Counted from the first letter of the whole stretch, positions 10,521 to 22,884 are shown. The stretch: 63,476 nt of DNA, filler included, from Octopus bimaculoides (GCF_001194135.2; 7 parts of 7 records of this genome joined end to end with filler, not necessarily neighbours in it), one strand, 5' to 3'. Numbers and translations: made by a program. Notes: a model not told the origin generated them from the sequence alone.

Positions 10521-12843
10521 TATATAAATATATATACATTTAGACAAATTTCTTGATCATAAGAGGAAAATTATATCTCTGACGAAATACTTTGTCAAAA
10601 ATTTAATTGAATTTACACACACACACACACACACTCACGTAAGAGAAAGAAATTTCGTTTCTCGTTCTTGGGATCATGCAAATACGAAAAGCATTCCTTC
10701 GACTCTAGTCTGAATTATTTTCGCTTAAAAACGAAATAATAATAATAATAAAATAAACGAAACTAATTTAAGGATAAGCCTAACTGCTGCTTTGTTATGA
10801 CAAGTATTTATTAGGAAAGCTCTTGATTGAGTCGCTTGAAAATCCGGTTCGCCTTTTACGGCATAGAAATGCGAAACCGTACTATTTCACGTACTATTTC
10901 CTTCTCTCTATGTTAACAGCTGGGGCTTTTTTTTTTTTTAATGTATGTAAACATTATTAGTATTTGGGTGACCTTGTAGAATAACGTTGTTTTCACTTTC
11001 GCAGGAAGCAGTTTTGGGGGGTTCCCATGGCCACAGCTGTCGAGCTTAAAATTAGTTAAAGATAAATATCGCTTTCATTTTTGCTGGGGTTTTCCCCAGC
11101 CTTTTTGCCATTTTGTTTACCCAGCTACGACAACGCTTGTGTCACCTCNNNNNNNNNNNNNNNNNNNNNNNNNNNNNNNNNNNNNNNNNNNNNNNNNNNN
11201 NNNNNNNNNNNNNNNNNNNNNNNNNNNNNNNNNNNNNNNNNNNNNNNNNNNNNNNNNNNNNNNNNNNNNNNNNNNNNNNNNNNNNNNNNNNNNNNNNNNN
11301 NNNNNNNNNNNNNNNNNNNNNNNNNNNNNNNNNNNNNNNNNNNNNNNNNNNNNNNNNNNNNNNNNNNNNNNNNNNNNNNNNNNNNNNNNNNNNNNNNNNN
11401 NNNNNNNNNNNNNNNNNNNNNNNNNNNNNNNNNNNNNNNNNNNNNNNNNNNNNNNNNNNNNNNNNNNNNNNNNNNNNNNNNNNNNNNNNNNNNNNNNNNN
11501 NNNNNNNNNNNNNNNNNNNNNNNNNNNNNNNNNNNNNNNNNNNNNNNNNNNNNNNNNNNNNNNNNNNNNNNNNNNNNNNNNNNNNNNNNNNNNNNNNNNN
11601 NNNNNNNNNNNNNNNNNNNNNNNNNNNNNNNNNNNNNNNNNNNNNNNNNNNNNNNNNNNNNNNNNNNNNNNNNNNNNNNNNNNNNNNNNNNNNNNNNNNN
11701 NNNNNNNNNNNNNNNNNNNNNNNNNNNNNNNNNNNNNNNNNNNNNNNNNNNNNNNNNNNNNNNNNNNNNNNNNNNNNNNNNNNNNNNNNNNNNNNNNNNN
11801 NNNNNNNNNNNNNNNNNNNNNNNNNNNNNNNNNNNNNNNNNNNNNNNNNNNNNNNNNNNNNNNNNNNNNNNNNNNNNNNNNNNNNNNNNNNNNNNNNNNN
11901 NNNNNNNNNNNNNNNNNNNNNNNNNNNNNNNNNNNNNNNNNNNNNNNNNNNNNNNNNNNNNNNNNNNNNNTGAATTTAGATAATCTGGAAAGTAAGGGTG
12001 ATAACTCCGAGTGTATTCTCGTTTTATTAGACCTCCTCAGCGAAGGTTAGCTATAGCTGTTCTTATGTAAAGGAGTAATGATAGAATCGCAAAGCCGTTC
12101 AATATAATAGACGTAAAATGAAAACAAAATAGACAAGGGGCTACAAACTCTTCATGTACGACGGGCCGCTGAACCGCAGGGAATGGAACTAAAGAATAAA
12201 ATAATGATGATGCGGTGAAATTTGTAGAAACTTTGGCTGTTATTTCTAGCAAGTCGAGCTACTATGTAGAGTCCTCGTCGCCGGTTCGATACAGTTTTTG
12301 TTTTTGTTTTATATTTTGGAATTATATTAGACACAATACAAATATAATTCCAAGATTTAATGGAACTCCCGCGTTAGGGGAATAGATGCTACATAATTTG
12401 GCATGGACACGAGGGACACACAGACACATTTTATATATATATGCATACCATTCCCTTGAGGGTTTTTTAGCTGATATTCCAAATATAATTGTTTTTTATA
12501 CAATCGTTGAGAAAATAATATAGAGCTAATGAAAGCTATAGATAAGATGAATCTATTAAGGCTGAATTATTGTTTAGTGTGTTTGTATTCTTTCTGTCTT
12601 TATACGTGTACATCGAATTTTCTGTTTGTCTCTTTGTATGTATATATATATGCATCTGTCTGTATGTATGTGTACATGTATGTATGTATGTATGCATGTA
12701 TCTTTCTGTATGTATGTATGTTTCTTTTTTTTTCCCTTGTGTGTGCCATTGAACTGCGGCGCCGTGAAGAATTCAGTCGAACGAATCAACACCAACTCTT
12801 TATCTTTTTAAAAAAGCTGGTACTTGTTCTGTCGTGGGCCCGT

Positions 12844-13100
12844 GGGCATATGGCTTAGTGGTTAAGAGCGCGGGCTACTAACCCCAAGATTCCGAGTTCG
12901 ATTCCAAGCAGTGACCTGAACACTAATAATAATAATTATTATTATTATAATAACAACATCGAAAAATACCTTAGGAATGAGAATCCAGGCTCGAAATTTC
13001 CCCCAAGACACCTGATGAAGGCTGGAGGGTATATCAGCCGAAACGCTGTTAACAACAAACAAGATGAGGACAAATATCCGTCGAATGTGAACGCGACGCA
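12844..13100 (+). mobile_element. tRNA-headed element with (AAT)n spacer and hammerhead-like tail
   Basis: GGGCATATGGCTTAGTGGTTAAG (A box), GAGTTCGATTCC (B box), (AAT/ATT)n, second B-box-like GGCTCGAAATTTCC, then CTGATGA-A-GGCTG...CAGCC-GAAAC. Confidence 0.75.
13007..13050 (+). ncRNA. Hammerhead-like motif 2 (core and stem II intact; stems III/I decayed)
   Basis: GACAC-CTGATGA-A-GGCTG-GAGGGTATAT-CAGCC-GAAA-CGCTGTT. No correctly placed UH, so this copy is probably inactive. Confidence 0.55.
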
Positions 13101-13195
13101 TCCATTTCCAAGTATATATAGAGTTCTATGATCATGTATGGATGCGTGTGTGTATATGTATGTAGGCGAAGGTAAATAATACACACATCCAGTGT

Positions 13196-13225
13196 TTAGG
13201 GTTAGGGTTAGGGTTAAGGTTAGGG
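13196..13225 (+). repeat. Interstitial telomere-type (TTAGGG)5, one unit variant
   Basis: TTAGGG TTAGGG TTAGGG TTAAGG TTAGGG. Confidence 0.9.
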
Positions 13226-13269
13226 CCACGCCGAAAACGGGTGGTGTGCGTATTCTTTGCCTCCGCTAT

Positions 13270-13566
13270 ATACTCTTTACTCTTTTTACTTGTTTCAATC
13301 ATTTGCTTGCGGCCATGCTGGAGCACCGCCTTTAGTCGAGCAAATCAACCCCAGGACTTATTCTTTGTAAGCTTAGTACTTATTCTATCGGTCTCTTTTG
13401 CCGAACCGCTAAGTTACGGGGACGTAAACACACCAGCATCGGTTGTCAAGCGATGTTGGGGGGACAAACACAGACACAAACATATATATACAACAAGCTT
13501 CTTTCAGTTTCCATCTACCAAATCCACTCACAAGGCTTTGGTCGGCCCGAGGCTATAGTAGAAGAC
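13270..13566 (-). mobile_element. SINE family B, near-consensus, cut by gap
   Basis: Colinear with the 3650-4036 and 60470-60850 copies. Confidence 0.9.
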
Positions 13567-14900
13567 NNNNNNNNNNNNNNNNNNNNNNNNNNNNNNNNNN
13601 NNNNNNNNNNNNNNNNNNNNNNNNNNNNNNNNNNNNNNNNNNNNNNNNNNNNNNNNNNNNNNNNNNNNNNNNNNNNNNNNNNNNNNNNNNNNNNNNNNNN
13701 NNNNNNNNNNNNNNNNNNNNNNNNNNNNNNNNNNNNNNNNNNNNNNNNNNNNNNNNNNNNNNNNNNNNNNNNNNNNNNNNNNNNNNNNNNNNNNNNNNNN
13801 NNNNNNNNNNNNNNNNNNNNNNNNNNNNNNNNNNNNNNNNNNNNNNNNNNNNNNNNNNNNNNNNNNNNNNNNNNNNNNNNNNNNNNNNNNNNNNNNNNNN
13901 NNNNNNNNNNNNNNNNNNNNNNNNNNNNNNNNNNNNNNNNNNNNNNNNNNNNNNNNNNNNNNNNNNNNNNNNNNNNNNNNNNNNNNNNNNNNNNNNNNNN
14001 NNNNNNNNNNNNNNNNNNNNNNNNNNNNNNNNNNNNNNNNNNNNNNNNNNNNNNNNNNNNNNNNNNNNNNNNNNNNNNNNNNNNNNNNNNNNNNNNNNNN
14101 NNNNNNNNNNNNNNNNNNNNNNNNNNNNNNNNNNNNNNNNNNNNNNNNNNNNNNNNNNNNNNNNNNNNNNNNNNNNNNNNNNNNNNNNNNNNNNNNNNNN
14201 NNNNATCTTAACGTAAGGAATTCAGAATATCTAAAACTGAATTGTTTTCGAAAATCAGAACCGAACGGTATTTAATATAAATATATATTTACACGTGTGC
14301 GCGCCCATACGTTGGTTCTATGGAATGCAGGGCTAAAGTGAGCAAAACCTTTCCTCTTATCTAACATTAGTCCTTCAAACACGTTGGTTGAGTAATTCCT
14401 ATATACGAAGGTATACTTATTCAGCAGTCTCCATGATGTTGCTGAGAATTTAGGACCATACTTACAATACATTGATGCTCTAATAATGAATGAAAAAGAT
14501 AAAAATAAAACAGTACGTTCCCTCTGAAATATGTCGCATAATGTGTCGTCCTAACTGTTTCTTTTTTTAGATGTTATGGTACTGTGTAAAGAAAATTTGG
14601 CTGCTATTTCTAGCAGGTCGCGCAGCTATGTACAGGTTTCGTCTTCGTTGTGTTGTTATAGAATGATAATAGACATTTCTGTCATACGATATGTTGACTG
14701 TGGACGTCTTACTAAAATTGCATAAATGCTTGTAACTTTTTTTGTTATTAATTTCTCTGAAAAAAAGAAAGAAAAGAAAATCGAATGTGATTTTCATTAT
14801 CAACGTGAAAAACTGTTAGAATTGCATTAAAAAAAAATAATAATTTGGTCAAATAATAACTGCAAGTGATTGGAAGAAATTTGACAAGATCCTGTCTCCA

Positions 14901-15173
14901 TCACAAACTGCATTTGTGACATGATTGAATTCGACTCTCAAATTTTATTTGAAAAATAATTCTCGTGTACATTGCTGGACTGATTTTCATTTGGTTCTGT
15001 CTCGTCAGATCTTTGTCACCGAAGACTGCCCTTCTTTGTTTGGCTTGAACAGGTGGTAGTTGGCGGGTGTTACACAATTCGGGTAATAACTGTAGATGGG
15101 GATAAACTCTATGAACAATCCAATTTGCTGATTGCATGATTTTGTTGCCAAACATTGTGTGGTGGTCACCCAT
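14901..15173 (-). CDS. Unassigned 90-aa ORF / candidate first coding exon
   Basis: MGDHHTMFGNKIMQSANWIVHRVYPHLQLLPELCNTRQLPPVQAKQRRAVFGDKDLTRQNQMKISPAM...; non-repetitive, ATG in ACAATGG context, GA/GT repeats upstream. No family recognised. Confidence 0.2.
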   Translation of the reverse strand: MGDHHTMFGNKIMQSANWIVHRVYPHLQLLPELCNTRQLPPVQAKQRRAVFGDKDLTRQNQMKISPAMYTRIIFQIKFESRIQSCHKCSL

Positions 15174-16207
15174 TGTCTCTCGCCGTGATTGTAGATAGTT
15201 TTCAGATTGTGAAGAATCTCTAAAGAACCGGAACAAATTAATTAAAAAAATTATAAATACAAGCTTTAGAGAGCTTCCACACTCTAACGGAGTTAGGTCA
15301 CACACACACACTCTCTCTTTCTCATACTCTCTCACCCACTCTTGCTCTCTGTCTCTCTCTCACACTCACGCGCACACACACTCTGAACTATTTTCAAAAC
15401 GTGTTTTTTTCTTTCATTTAAACCATTCAGTAACTTTTTTTTTCACTTACGTGTAATGAGCTATTACATAAATTGTGTTGTTAATACCCTCCACAAGTCA
15501 TGTATAGCTGTGTTAATTAGCCAATTAAAATATTAGTCGTTTAATTACGTTAACCAATATTATTTATAGCATCAAATTGAGCTGTGACATTTTTTTTTTC
15601 TCTAATTTTAGTATTTATTGCTCACAGCAATATTTAATAGTGAATTATTTCGACACAGAGGATTAAATTAATTTTGCTTCGCTCGTCATGCTATTACGAT
15701 ATGTGCAAAACATCGATTTTCCAAAATATTTGCTTCCAGATTCCTGATTTTTTTTAGTCACCTTGGTCAGCACGCTCTAAATTAAATAAACATTAAATTT
15801 ACTTAAATTACACCGTGTAACAAAACTTTTTATCTATTTATTTTTATCTTTGGTCAGTAGATGTCATGTTTCCATTTGCTTCTAGCTAGAAATCAAAGGA
15901 AAATCACAATTATTCCCTACAAACTTCTATGATTTGGACATCGTTGCTTTGAAACTGACCTATGCCAGATGATAACGGCCGGAATCTCTGGTCATAGTTG
16001 TCCAAGATCTGGAGTTATCTGGAGCTAAACGTCACCACAACCACCACCATTGTAACTTTCCAATTTAGTTTTATATACAGATACGAAACTTCATTATCAT
16101 TGATACTTATTAAACAACAGACTCCGTGCTGGAAAATAATACAGTGAAGGTGTTTTCCTTCCTCGTATATTTCTTATTAATAAATAGTAAAGTGTGCTTT
16201 CAACTAA

Positions 16208-16250
<43 letters not shown>

Positions 16251-16909
16251 GCACGTGTTACAGCAATTAAGAACAGTGAGTTGATCAGCTGGTCAAGGCA
16301 GACGTCACTGCTGATACACTAATGGTACGCCGTCTACACCGCCGACTTTGTTATCTCCCTTTCTCACTCCCACTATCTATCTCATTCCCTGCTTTCTCTC
16401 TCTCTTTCTTCCCTCTCTCTCTTTCTTCCCTCTCTCTCTTTCTTCCCTCTCTCTCTCTCTCTCCCTTCTCCCTCTGCATTCATGTTTTGGCAGTCTTCGT
16501 AATCTCCACGCTCCTTTTTTCTCTCTCTCACATACCTCTTCCATTGGTTTCTAGAGACAATCCAACCAATAAAACTCTCAAAGAGGCGCCTCGAAGCAGT
16601 TATTCTACTTGCAAGAAATAGCAGCTAAATATTCCTCATGTCACATTAAAAAACAAAAAAGGAAAGACAATGGCTTGAACAATGTAGCTTTCGATGCACT
16701 TTATAAAAAGGGTTGAGAGGGAACACTGCAACATTAGCCAATAGGGGGAGCCTCTATGCAGTCAATTAACATGCTAGAAATAGATGCTAAATCTTGCTTA
16801 AATTACACCTAATTTTTTTGCTTTTTCTTTGAGAAAAAGAAGGGCGCAAACTAAAAGGCACAACAGAATTTTGGTAACGAAGGGGTTAAAGTCACCATGA
16901 TATTTTTAA

Positions 16910-17132
16910 CCCTTTTGATACTAATCCACCTGAAACCACTTCTGGCTCTGTAGTACAAGTGTCTTGTTTTCCAAAGTTTTGAATTAAGATCTTCTACCAA
17001 GCCTTAGTCACAATTTATATTCCTCACACCAGCTTAATGATAACTAAATTATTTTACTAAATTCTTTGTTATATTTTAAATTAATTGAAAGAAACACAGA
17101 GCATCTCACAAATAAATACGGTAATGAATGGG
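16910..17132. mobile_element. piggyBac-like MITE
   Basis: TTAA|CCCTTTTGATAC...GTAATGAATGGG|TTAA: CCC/GGG ends with TTAA TSD. Related end fragments at ~2106 and ~16870-16889. Confidence 0.7.
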
Positions 17133-17138
17133 TTAAAG

Positions 17139-17402
17139 CAGTGGTTCCTAAAGTAGGCGGTACTGCCCCCGGGGGGTAGTGAAAAATTCCAAGGTTGAAG
17201 AAAAGTGGGAGCAATAAAGGGGTGGCCAAAAGGGGACGATTGATGTAAAAACAAAATGAGTTAATTGGGTTAAGTTTTATTTATGAAATATGGTTGTTTT
17301 GAATTTGGTTAAGAAAGTGGTCTATGAGTTGGAGGTGGGGGTGCTAGGAATGTGGCCTGGGTGCAAAGGGGGTGGCAGCCCTAAAAAGTTTGGAAACCAC
17401 TG
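17139..17402. mobile_element. hAT-like MITE
   Basis: TIRs CAGTGGTTCCTAAA / TTTGGAAACCACTG; 8-bp flanks GGTTAAAG / ATTTAGGG match at only 4 of 8 positions. Confidence 0.75.
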
Positions 17403-17469
17403 ATTTAGGGCTAAAACTAAGGTTTCTTCCATTCTCAAGACCAAGAGTCAGGTGTTGCTTTGTTTATGT

Positions 17470-17615
17470 TCCTGTAATTTAGTGGTCCGACAAAGAGAAA
17501 CTGATGGAATACATACCAGACTTAATAAGCACTGAAGTCAATTCAATCTCTTCAAGGTGGTGCCCCAGTATGGCCATAGTCCAATGACTGAAACAAGTAA
17601 GAAAAAGAAAAAAAC
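17470..17615 (+). mobile_element. SINE family B 3' fragment
   Basis: GGTGGTGCCCCAGTATGGCCATAGTCCAATGACTGAAACAAGTAAG. Confidence 0.75.
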
Positions 17616-18069
17616 AGAGAAAAAGAAATCCAATTTATTCACTCTTCTGTAAAATGATAGGATATGAATCCAGCATTCAAAGCAATCTTTGCTTCAGCAA
17701 TGTTTCATTACATACATACTTATCTAAAAAAGATTTTGCGAAGAGTACATGTGTATAGAAATCTAGAGCAACAAACTCCACATTATCGACGAATTGTTAG
17801 TAAATACGTATGTATGCATGGAATTGTAGAGTAACCAAATCGGCACTTGACTAATTGTTAATGGGTATGTCTGTCTTGTGTCTGCATGAATATTAATGAT
17901 TATTGCGAAATGAAATGAAAAATGTACTGATGTGTATTATAAATTTCTCCTCCTCTTCCTCCTCCCATTTTACTCTTCTGTCTCTCTCCTCCCCCCCCCC
18001 GCTACCTCTTGTACATTTTCAGGTATATCTGGTCTTTTATCAAAGCATTTTTGCTTAATGAGAAGTTAG

Positions 18070-18625
18070 CTAAAAAGAAAAGAAAACTGCCGTTGTTAAT
18101 TGTAAGTGGTAAACAACATGTAAAGCACAGTCCAACCCATGCCAGCATGGAAAACGGGCGTTAAAGGATGAGGATGATGGTTGTGTGGTTAAGCTGTTGT
18201 TAACCCAACCATGTGGTGTGTGGTAAGGGTTCAGTCCCGCTGCATGGCACCTTGGGCAACTGCATTCTGTGAAAGCCCCAGGCTGATCAAAGCCTTCAGT
18301 TTTTTCAACACCTGGCTTAAGGCCGCCCACCTGCCCTTCCCAAATACTTTCTGTTAATAAGTGGGAGCTGCCCTTTTTCCTTTTTCTCTGTTCTTTTGTC
18401 TTGCAAGTTACGTTAGCAACTCCTTGTGCCAGATGTGGGAACCAAATGCTCGGTACACTCTGTGAAGTGGTTGGTGTTAGGAAGGGCATTCTGTTGTAGA
18501 AGCCATGCAAAAGATGCCACTGGAACTCAACGCCGCCCTTCAGTTTGCCAGTCCCCTGTTGAAGCGTCCTACCCATTCCAGCATGGAAAGCGGATGTTAA
18601 ATGAGAATGATGATAATGAAACTGA
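18070..18625. mobile_element. Cluster of SINE fragments: family E tail (-), family B-like 5' part (+), family E body (+)
   Basis: CCAACCCATGCCAGCATGGAAA..GGxCGTTAAA(GAT)n tails; GGTTCAGTCCCGCTGCATGGCACCTTGGGCAA; GTGGTTGGTGTTAGGAAGGGCAT. Confidence 0.65.
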
Positions 18626-18654
18626 AAGAAGCCTATCGTGTGTGTGTGCATGCA

Positions 18655-18693
<39 letters not shown>

Positions 18694-18699
<6 letters not shown>

Positions 18700-19527
18700 G
18701 ATATGGCCGGTTTAAATGCTAGAGAGTTAATCTTTTTTAATCAGGGTATTAGGCCATTCCCGTGAAGCATTTACAGGGAACCCAAAACTGGTGGCTGCGA
18801 GGAAGGCACTGTGAAACCAGGGATCCGCNNNNNNNNNNNNNNNNNNNNNNNNNNNNNNNNNNNNNNNNNNNNNNNNNNNNNNNNNNNNNNNNNNNNNNNN
18901 NNNNNNNNNNNNNNNNNNNNNNNNNNNNNNNNNNNNNNNNNNNNNNNNNNNNNNNNNNNNNNNNNNNNNNNNNNNNNNNNNNNNNNNNNNNNNNNNNNNN
19001 NNNNNNNNNNNNNNNNNNNNNNNNNNNNNNNNNNNNNNNNNNNNNNNNNNNNNNNNNNNNNNNNNNNNNNNNNNNNNNNNNNNNNNNNNNNNNNNNNGGG
19101 GGGGGGGGCAATTTTTTTGACTAAAACCGTTTGAAGTGTTGCTCCAGCATGGCCCAATCTAATGACTGAAACAAACAAAAGCTAAAAGACAAAGCCAGTC
19201 CAGGATGGTGGGTTGATAGAATTGCAGAAACTTCAGCGTTGATGTTTTGCTCTGTTTGAGCTCCTTGTGTTCTGAGTTCAAATCCTGGGAAAGCTTCTTT
19301 GAATGGTAGACTCCATCCATCACCCAGTTTATAATCGCTTCCTGGTACTTTGGCTGCCTTTAGCAGGGACCCACTCTGTTGAAAGTATTTCAGGGTGGAT
19401 CTCTGGTCTCACAGTGCCTTCCTCGCAGCCACCAGTTTTGGGTTCCCTGTAAATGCTTCATGGGAATGGCCTTCTACCCTGATTAAAAGATTAACTCTCT
19501 AGCATTTAAACCGGCCATGTCCAGCAC
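18694..19527. repeat. Inverted duplication, arms 18694-18828 and 19395-19527
   Basis: Arms differ by 7 substitutions and one 2-nt indel over ~135 bp; the left arm runs into a gap. Confidence 0.9.
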
Positions 19528-20070
19528 AAATATTCTGTTTCTACGTTCAAACTGGTCATGACCAGCTTCTCGCGCCTACCCTAGAATGTCATTCTAAAAA
19601 GCAGGCAGTCGCATCATCGAAATCTTGAAATTATGCATAATTAATCCAAAACAATGTGAATAAATTAACATAACATTTAACAGAGTAATATAAATGCTCA
19701 ACAGTAAAAACGAAAAGGGAAAAAGACACAGTACCTCATCCACCCTGTCATTCTGCTTCTCCATAGCGATTGCTGTCAGTTACTATAGAAACAACAGCGA
19801 CACCATATCAGGCAGGATTTGCATGTAAAAAAAATAAGTATCTTTATCTGTCTAGCATTCAGATTGTTCCATCAAATGTAATGCTTGTTTATTCACATCG
19901 TTTTAGATTAATCATGCATTATCTCCTAGCTTTGAGATTTCTATGGTGTGATTGTTTATTTTTAGGCTGATATTGTAGGGTAGGTGTAAGAGGCCAGATC
20001 TGATTAATTTGAGGATAAAACAGGTGGAATATTTTGGTCGGATATGGTCAGTTTAAATGCTAAAAGGTTA
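19495..20070. mobile_element. Two diverged copies of a TAGCATT-ended (piggyBac-like) MITE family in opposite orientation
   Basis: TTAACTCTCTAGCATTTAAACCGGCCA at 19493 and GGTCAGTTTAAATGCTAAAAGGTTA ending at 20070. A further partial copy lies at ~20390-20560. Confidence 0.55.
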
Positions 20071-20387
20071 GGAGACCCCCTTCGGTCATGAATGACCATG
20101 GGATTGCACAAGTCTGGGCAAGGTTGTTTGTGGAAGGCCAGCAGTTGCCCATGCATACCAGCCTCCCCTCTCCACACCATTGATGTTATCCAAGGGAAAG
20201 GTAAAGGGGCCGATACAGCTTGGCACCAGTGACATCATCGCAACTCATTTCTACAGCTGAGTGAACTGGAGCAACGTGAAATAAAGTGTCTTGCTCAAAA
20301 CACAACATGCAGCCTGGTCCAGGAATCGAACTCATAACCTCACGATCGTAAGCTCGATGCTCTAACTGCTGAGCCATGTGCCTTCAC
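20071..20387 (-). mobile_element. tRNA-derived SINE family C
   Basis: Reverse-complement head GTGAAGGCACATGGCTCAGCAGTTAGAGC...GAGTTCGATTCC, with central TTGAGCAAGACACTTTATTTCACGTTGCTCCAG domain also seen at 30240, 34200 and 41010. Confidence 0.8.
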
Positions 20388-21113
20388 ATTCAGATTACTC
20401 TGTCAAAATCATTGCTTATCCATTGACATTGTTTTGGATTAATCCTGCATTATCTCTTAGCTTTGAGGTTTTGATGTGATTCTTTATTTTTAGAACGATA
20501 TCGTAGGATAGCTGTGAGAATCCAGATCAGGCCACTTGGAACATACAACAGAATATTTGGGCTGTAGCATTTCATCTAGAACAATGTTATCCAAGGGGTA
20601 CCAGCACCGGCAAAGGACAAGCCTGTATGTATGGATGACAGCGATTTTATTTAAGCTTGGCGTGTCTTCTCAGGTGCAGCAAATCACCACAAGGAATCGG
20701 TAAGACTAAATAAGCATTATAGCTGATAGAGTAATCCAAATTCTTAAGTGGGGGTTGAATCAACACAATGGAAAGTTCTATTTAGAAAGCGAAAAATCAA
20801 AAAGATCTTTGATTCAGTACTTTGGCAATAAGACTTTCAGAACCACAAAGATATCTATCTGTAGAATAATATATGGATACTTGTTATTGTTTTTGCTGTT
20901 GCCGTTGTTTCTGACTTTTAATGAGGAATTCTCTCAGTGCAGCTGTGATGTCTTGTGTGTTTGAAAACCTAAAGTGTGACTCATTAGCTACTGAGAGCAG
21001 CTTCACTCTGACAGGAAGGATTTCCTATCAGCTCAAAGAACCACTTACCGAAATGAAGAATTTACAGCTTCTGCTGTTGATGCTCGACACTTGAATACCT
21101 GGATTTCTAAACA

Positions 21114-21168
<55 letters not shown>

Positions 21169-22159
21169 TGCAACACACATGCACATGTTTGCATACACAC
21201 ATGCACATAAAGATGCATACACATGCTCATGGGCTTGTGCATGCAATCACACTCATGCTTCTGCATGCATATGTACAATCAGTCGCATGCATACAGTGAC
21301 ATGCATATCACATGCACACACACACACACACGCGCGCGCTATGTGCAATCACACATATCACACCAGCACAATGACAGTGTTTTCTTAATTACACACACAC
21401 ACACATTCAAATATTACTTCTTATTAGCATGCGTACAATGGTACACACACATGCAAGAAAGTGCATGCACACATACTTGCTCTTGTTCATGCACTGTTGC
21501 ACAATTGTGCACAACATAAACGTATGCGCACAATCACTCATTCACCCATTCACTCACTCACTCACTCACTCTCTTATTCATTCATGCTCACACTCAAGTA
21601 TGGCAATTCTCAGCTGCTTCAAGAACATACAAGGAACATCAGCTAAGATCTGTCAAACTACTTCTCTCTCTCCCTCTCACACACACATACCCCCACACAC
21701 ATGCATGTACCCACCACCACTACCACCGTCACCACCATCACACATACTCTCATTCGTTTACTGTCTCCACATGTTTTTACCAAAAAAAAAAACCTATATA
21801 AGCCGAAAAAGAGGATATTATGTGCTTCCTCAATTTGCTAAAAATAGCAGCTGAATATCCTTCAGCTGACACCCCATCATCTTAACAAAAAAAAAAATGG
21901 AAGGGCTATATTAGTTCATGTAGCATTATACGCCTAAAAGCATGAGGTGGGTACAGTGAGAACATTCTTTGATCATTAGTTACAGGTTTTTTAAAGTTAG
22001 ACTTGACCTAGGGTTAAACACCAGAGGGAGCCGCTACACCGGCTGTCCCCAATTTTTTATGCACCATGGAATGGTTACATGCAAAAACGTTTTTCCATGG
22101 ATCGGGGGATGGTGCACAGAACTAAACACAACAAAGAGCATAATATATAAATTGGTTAC

Positions 22160-22271
22160 TCTTTTACTCGTTTCAGTCATTTGACTGCAGCCATGCTGGA
22201 GCACCGCCTTTAGTCGAACAAATCGACCCCAGGACTTATTCTTTGTAAGCCTAGTACTTATTCTATCGGTC

Positions 22272-22275
<4 letters not shown>
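22160..22275 (-). mobile_element. SINE family B 3' fragment
   Basis: TTTCAGTCATTTGACTGCAGCCATGCTGGAGCACCGCCTTTAGTCG. Confidence 0.85.
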
Positions 22276-22303
<28 letters not shown>

Positions 22304-22403
22304 NNNNNNNNNNNNNNNNNNNNNNNNNNNNNNNNNNNNNNNNNNNNTTAATTAATTAANNNNNNNNNNNNNNNNNNNNNNNNNNNNNNNNNNNNNNNNN
22401 NNN
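22304..22403. other. Assembly spacer 44N-TTAATTAATTAA-44N (artefact)
   Basis: Identical 100-bp constructs with the linker at 22348, 36529, 53632, 55940, 59233 and 62056; the linker encodes stops in all six frames. Confidence 0.95.
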
Positions 22404-22796
22404 ATATATATATATATATATATATATACTTGGAAATGGATGCGTGGCGTTCAATCAAATAATAATATAAATAATATACATATACACATGCATATACATA
22501 TATAAACATATATACACACATACATGTGTATATACACACATACACATGCGTACACGGATATGGGACGTCACCAACACCAAACAAAATGAAGCACGAAAAC
22601 AAATGAGTTCAATACGCAACTGTCTTCGAAGACTCATATTGTTGTTCAATGCTCGAAATGAGGAATAGATAGACAGCCGACATTTGATAAAGGGTCGTTC
22701 TTTATGTGTTTCTCTCTATATATGTATGTGTGTATATATGTTTATATATGTATACGCATGTGTATATGTATATTATTTGTATTATTATATATATAT

Positions 22797-22884
22797 GGGA
22801 TCCGGACAAAAGACCCCTAGGACAAAACCTCCTTAGAACAAAACCCCCTTGAACAAAAATCCCTCGAATAAAACACCCTCGGTT
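22797..22884 (+). repeat. Five degenerate ~20-bp GGACAAAANCCCC units (transposon subterminal-type repeat)
   Basis: GGACAAAAGACCCCTA, GGACAAAACCTCCTT, AGAACAAAACCCCCTT, GAACAAAAATCCCTC, GAATAAAACACCCTC. Confidence 0.75.

Noticed and set aside
12844-12916. Possible tRNA gene (anticodon loop CTACTAA)
   Set aside because: T-stem and acceptor stem do not pair properly and it is fused to repeat sequence; treated as a SINE-type head. The same applies to the other tRNA-like heads.
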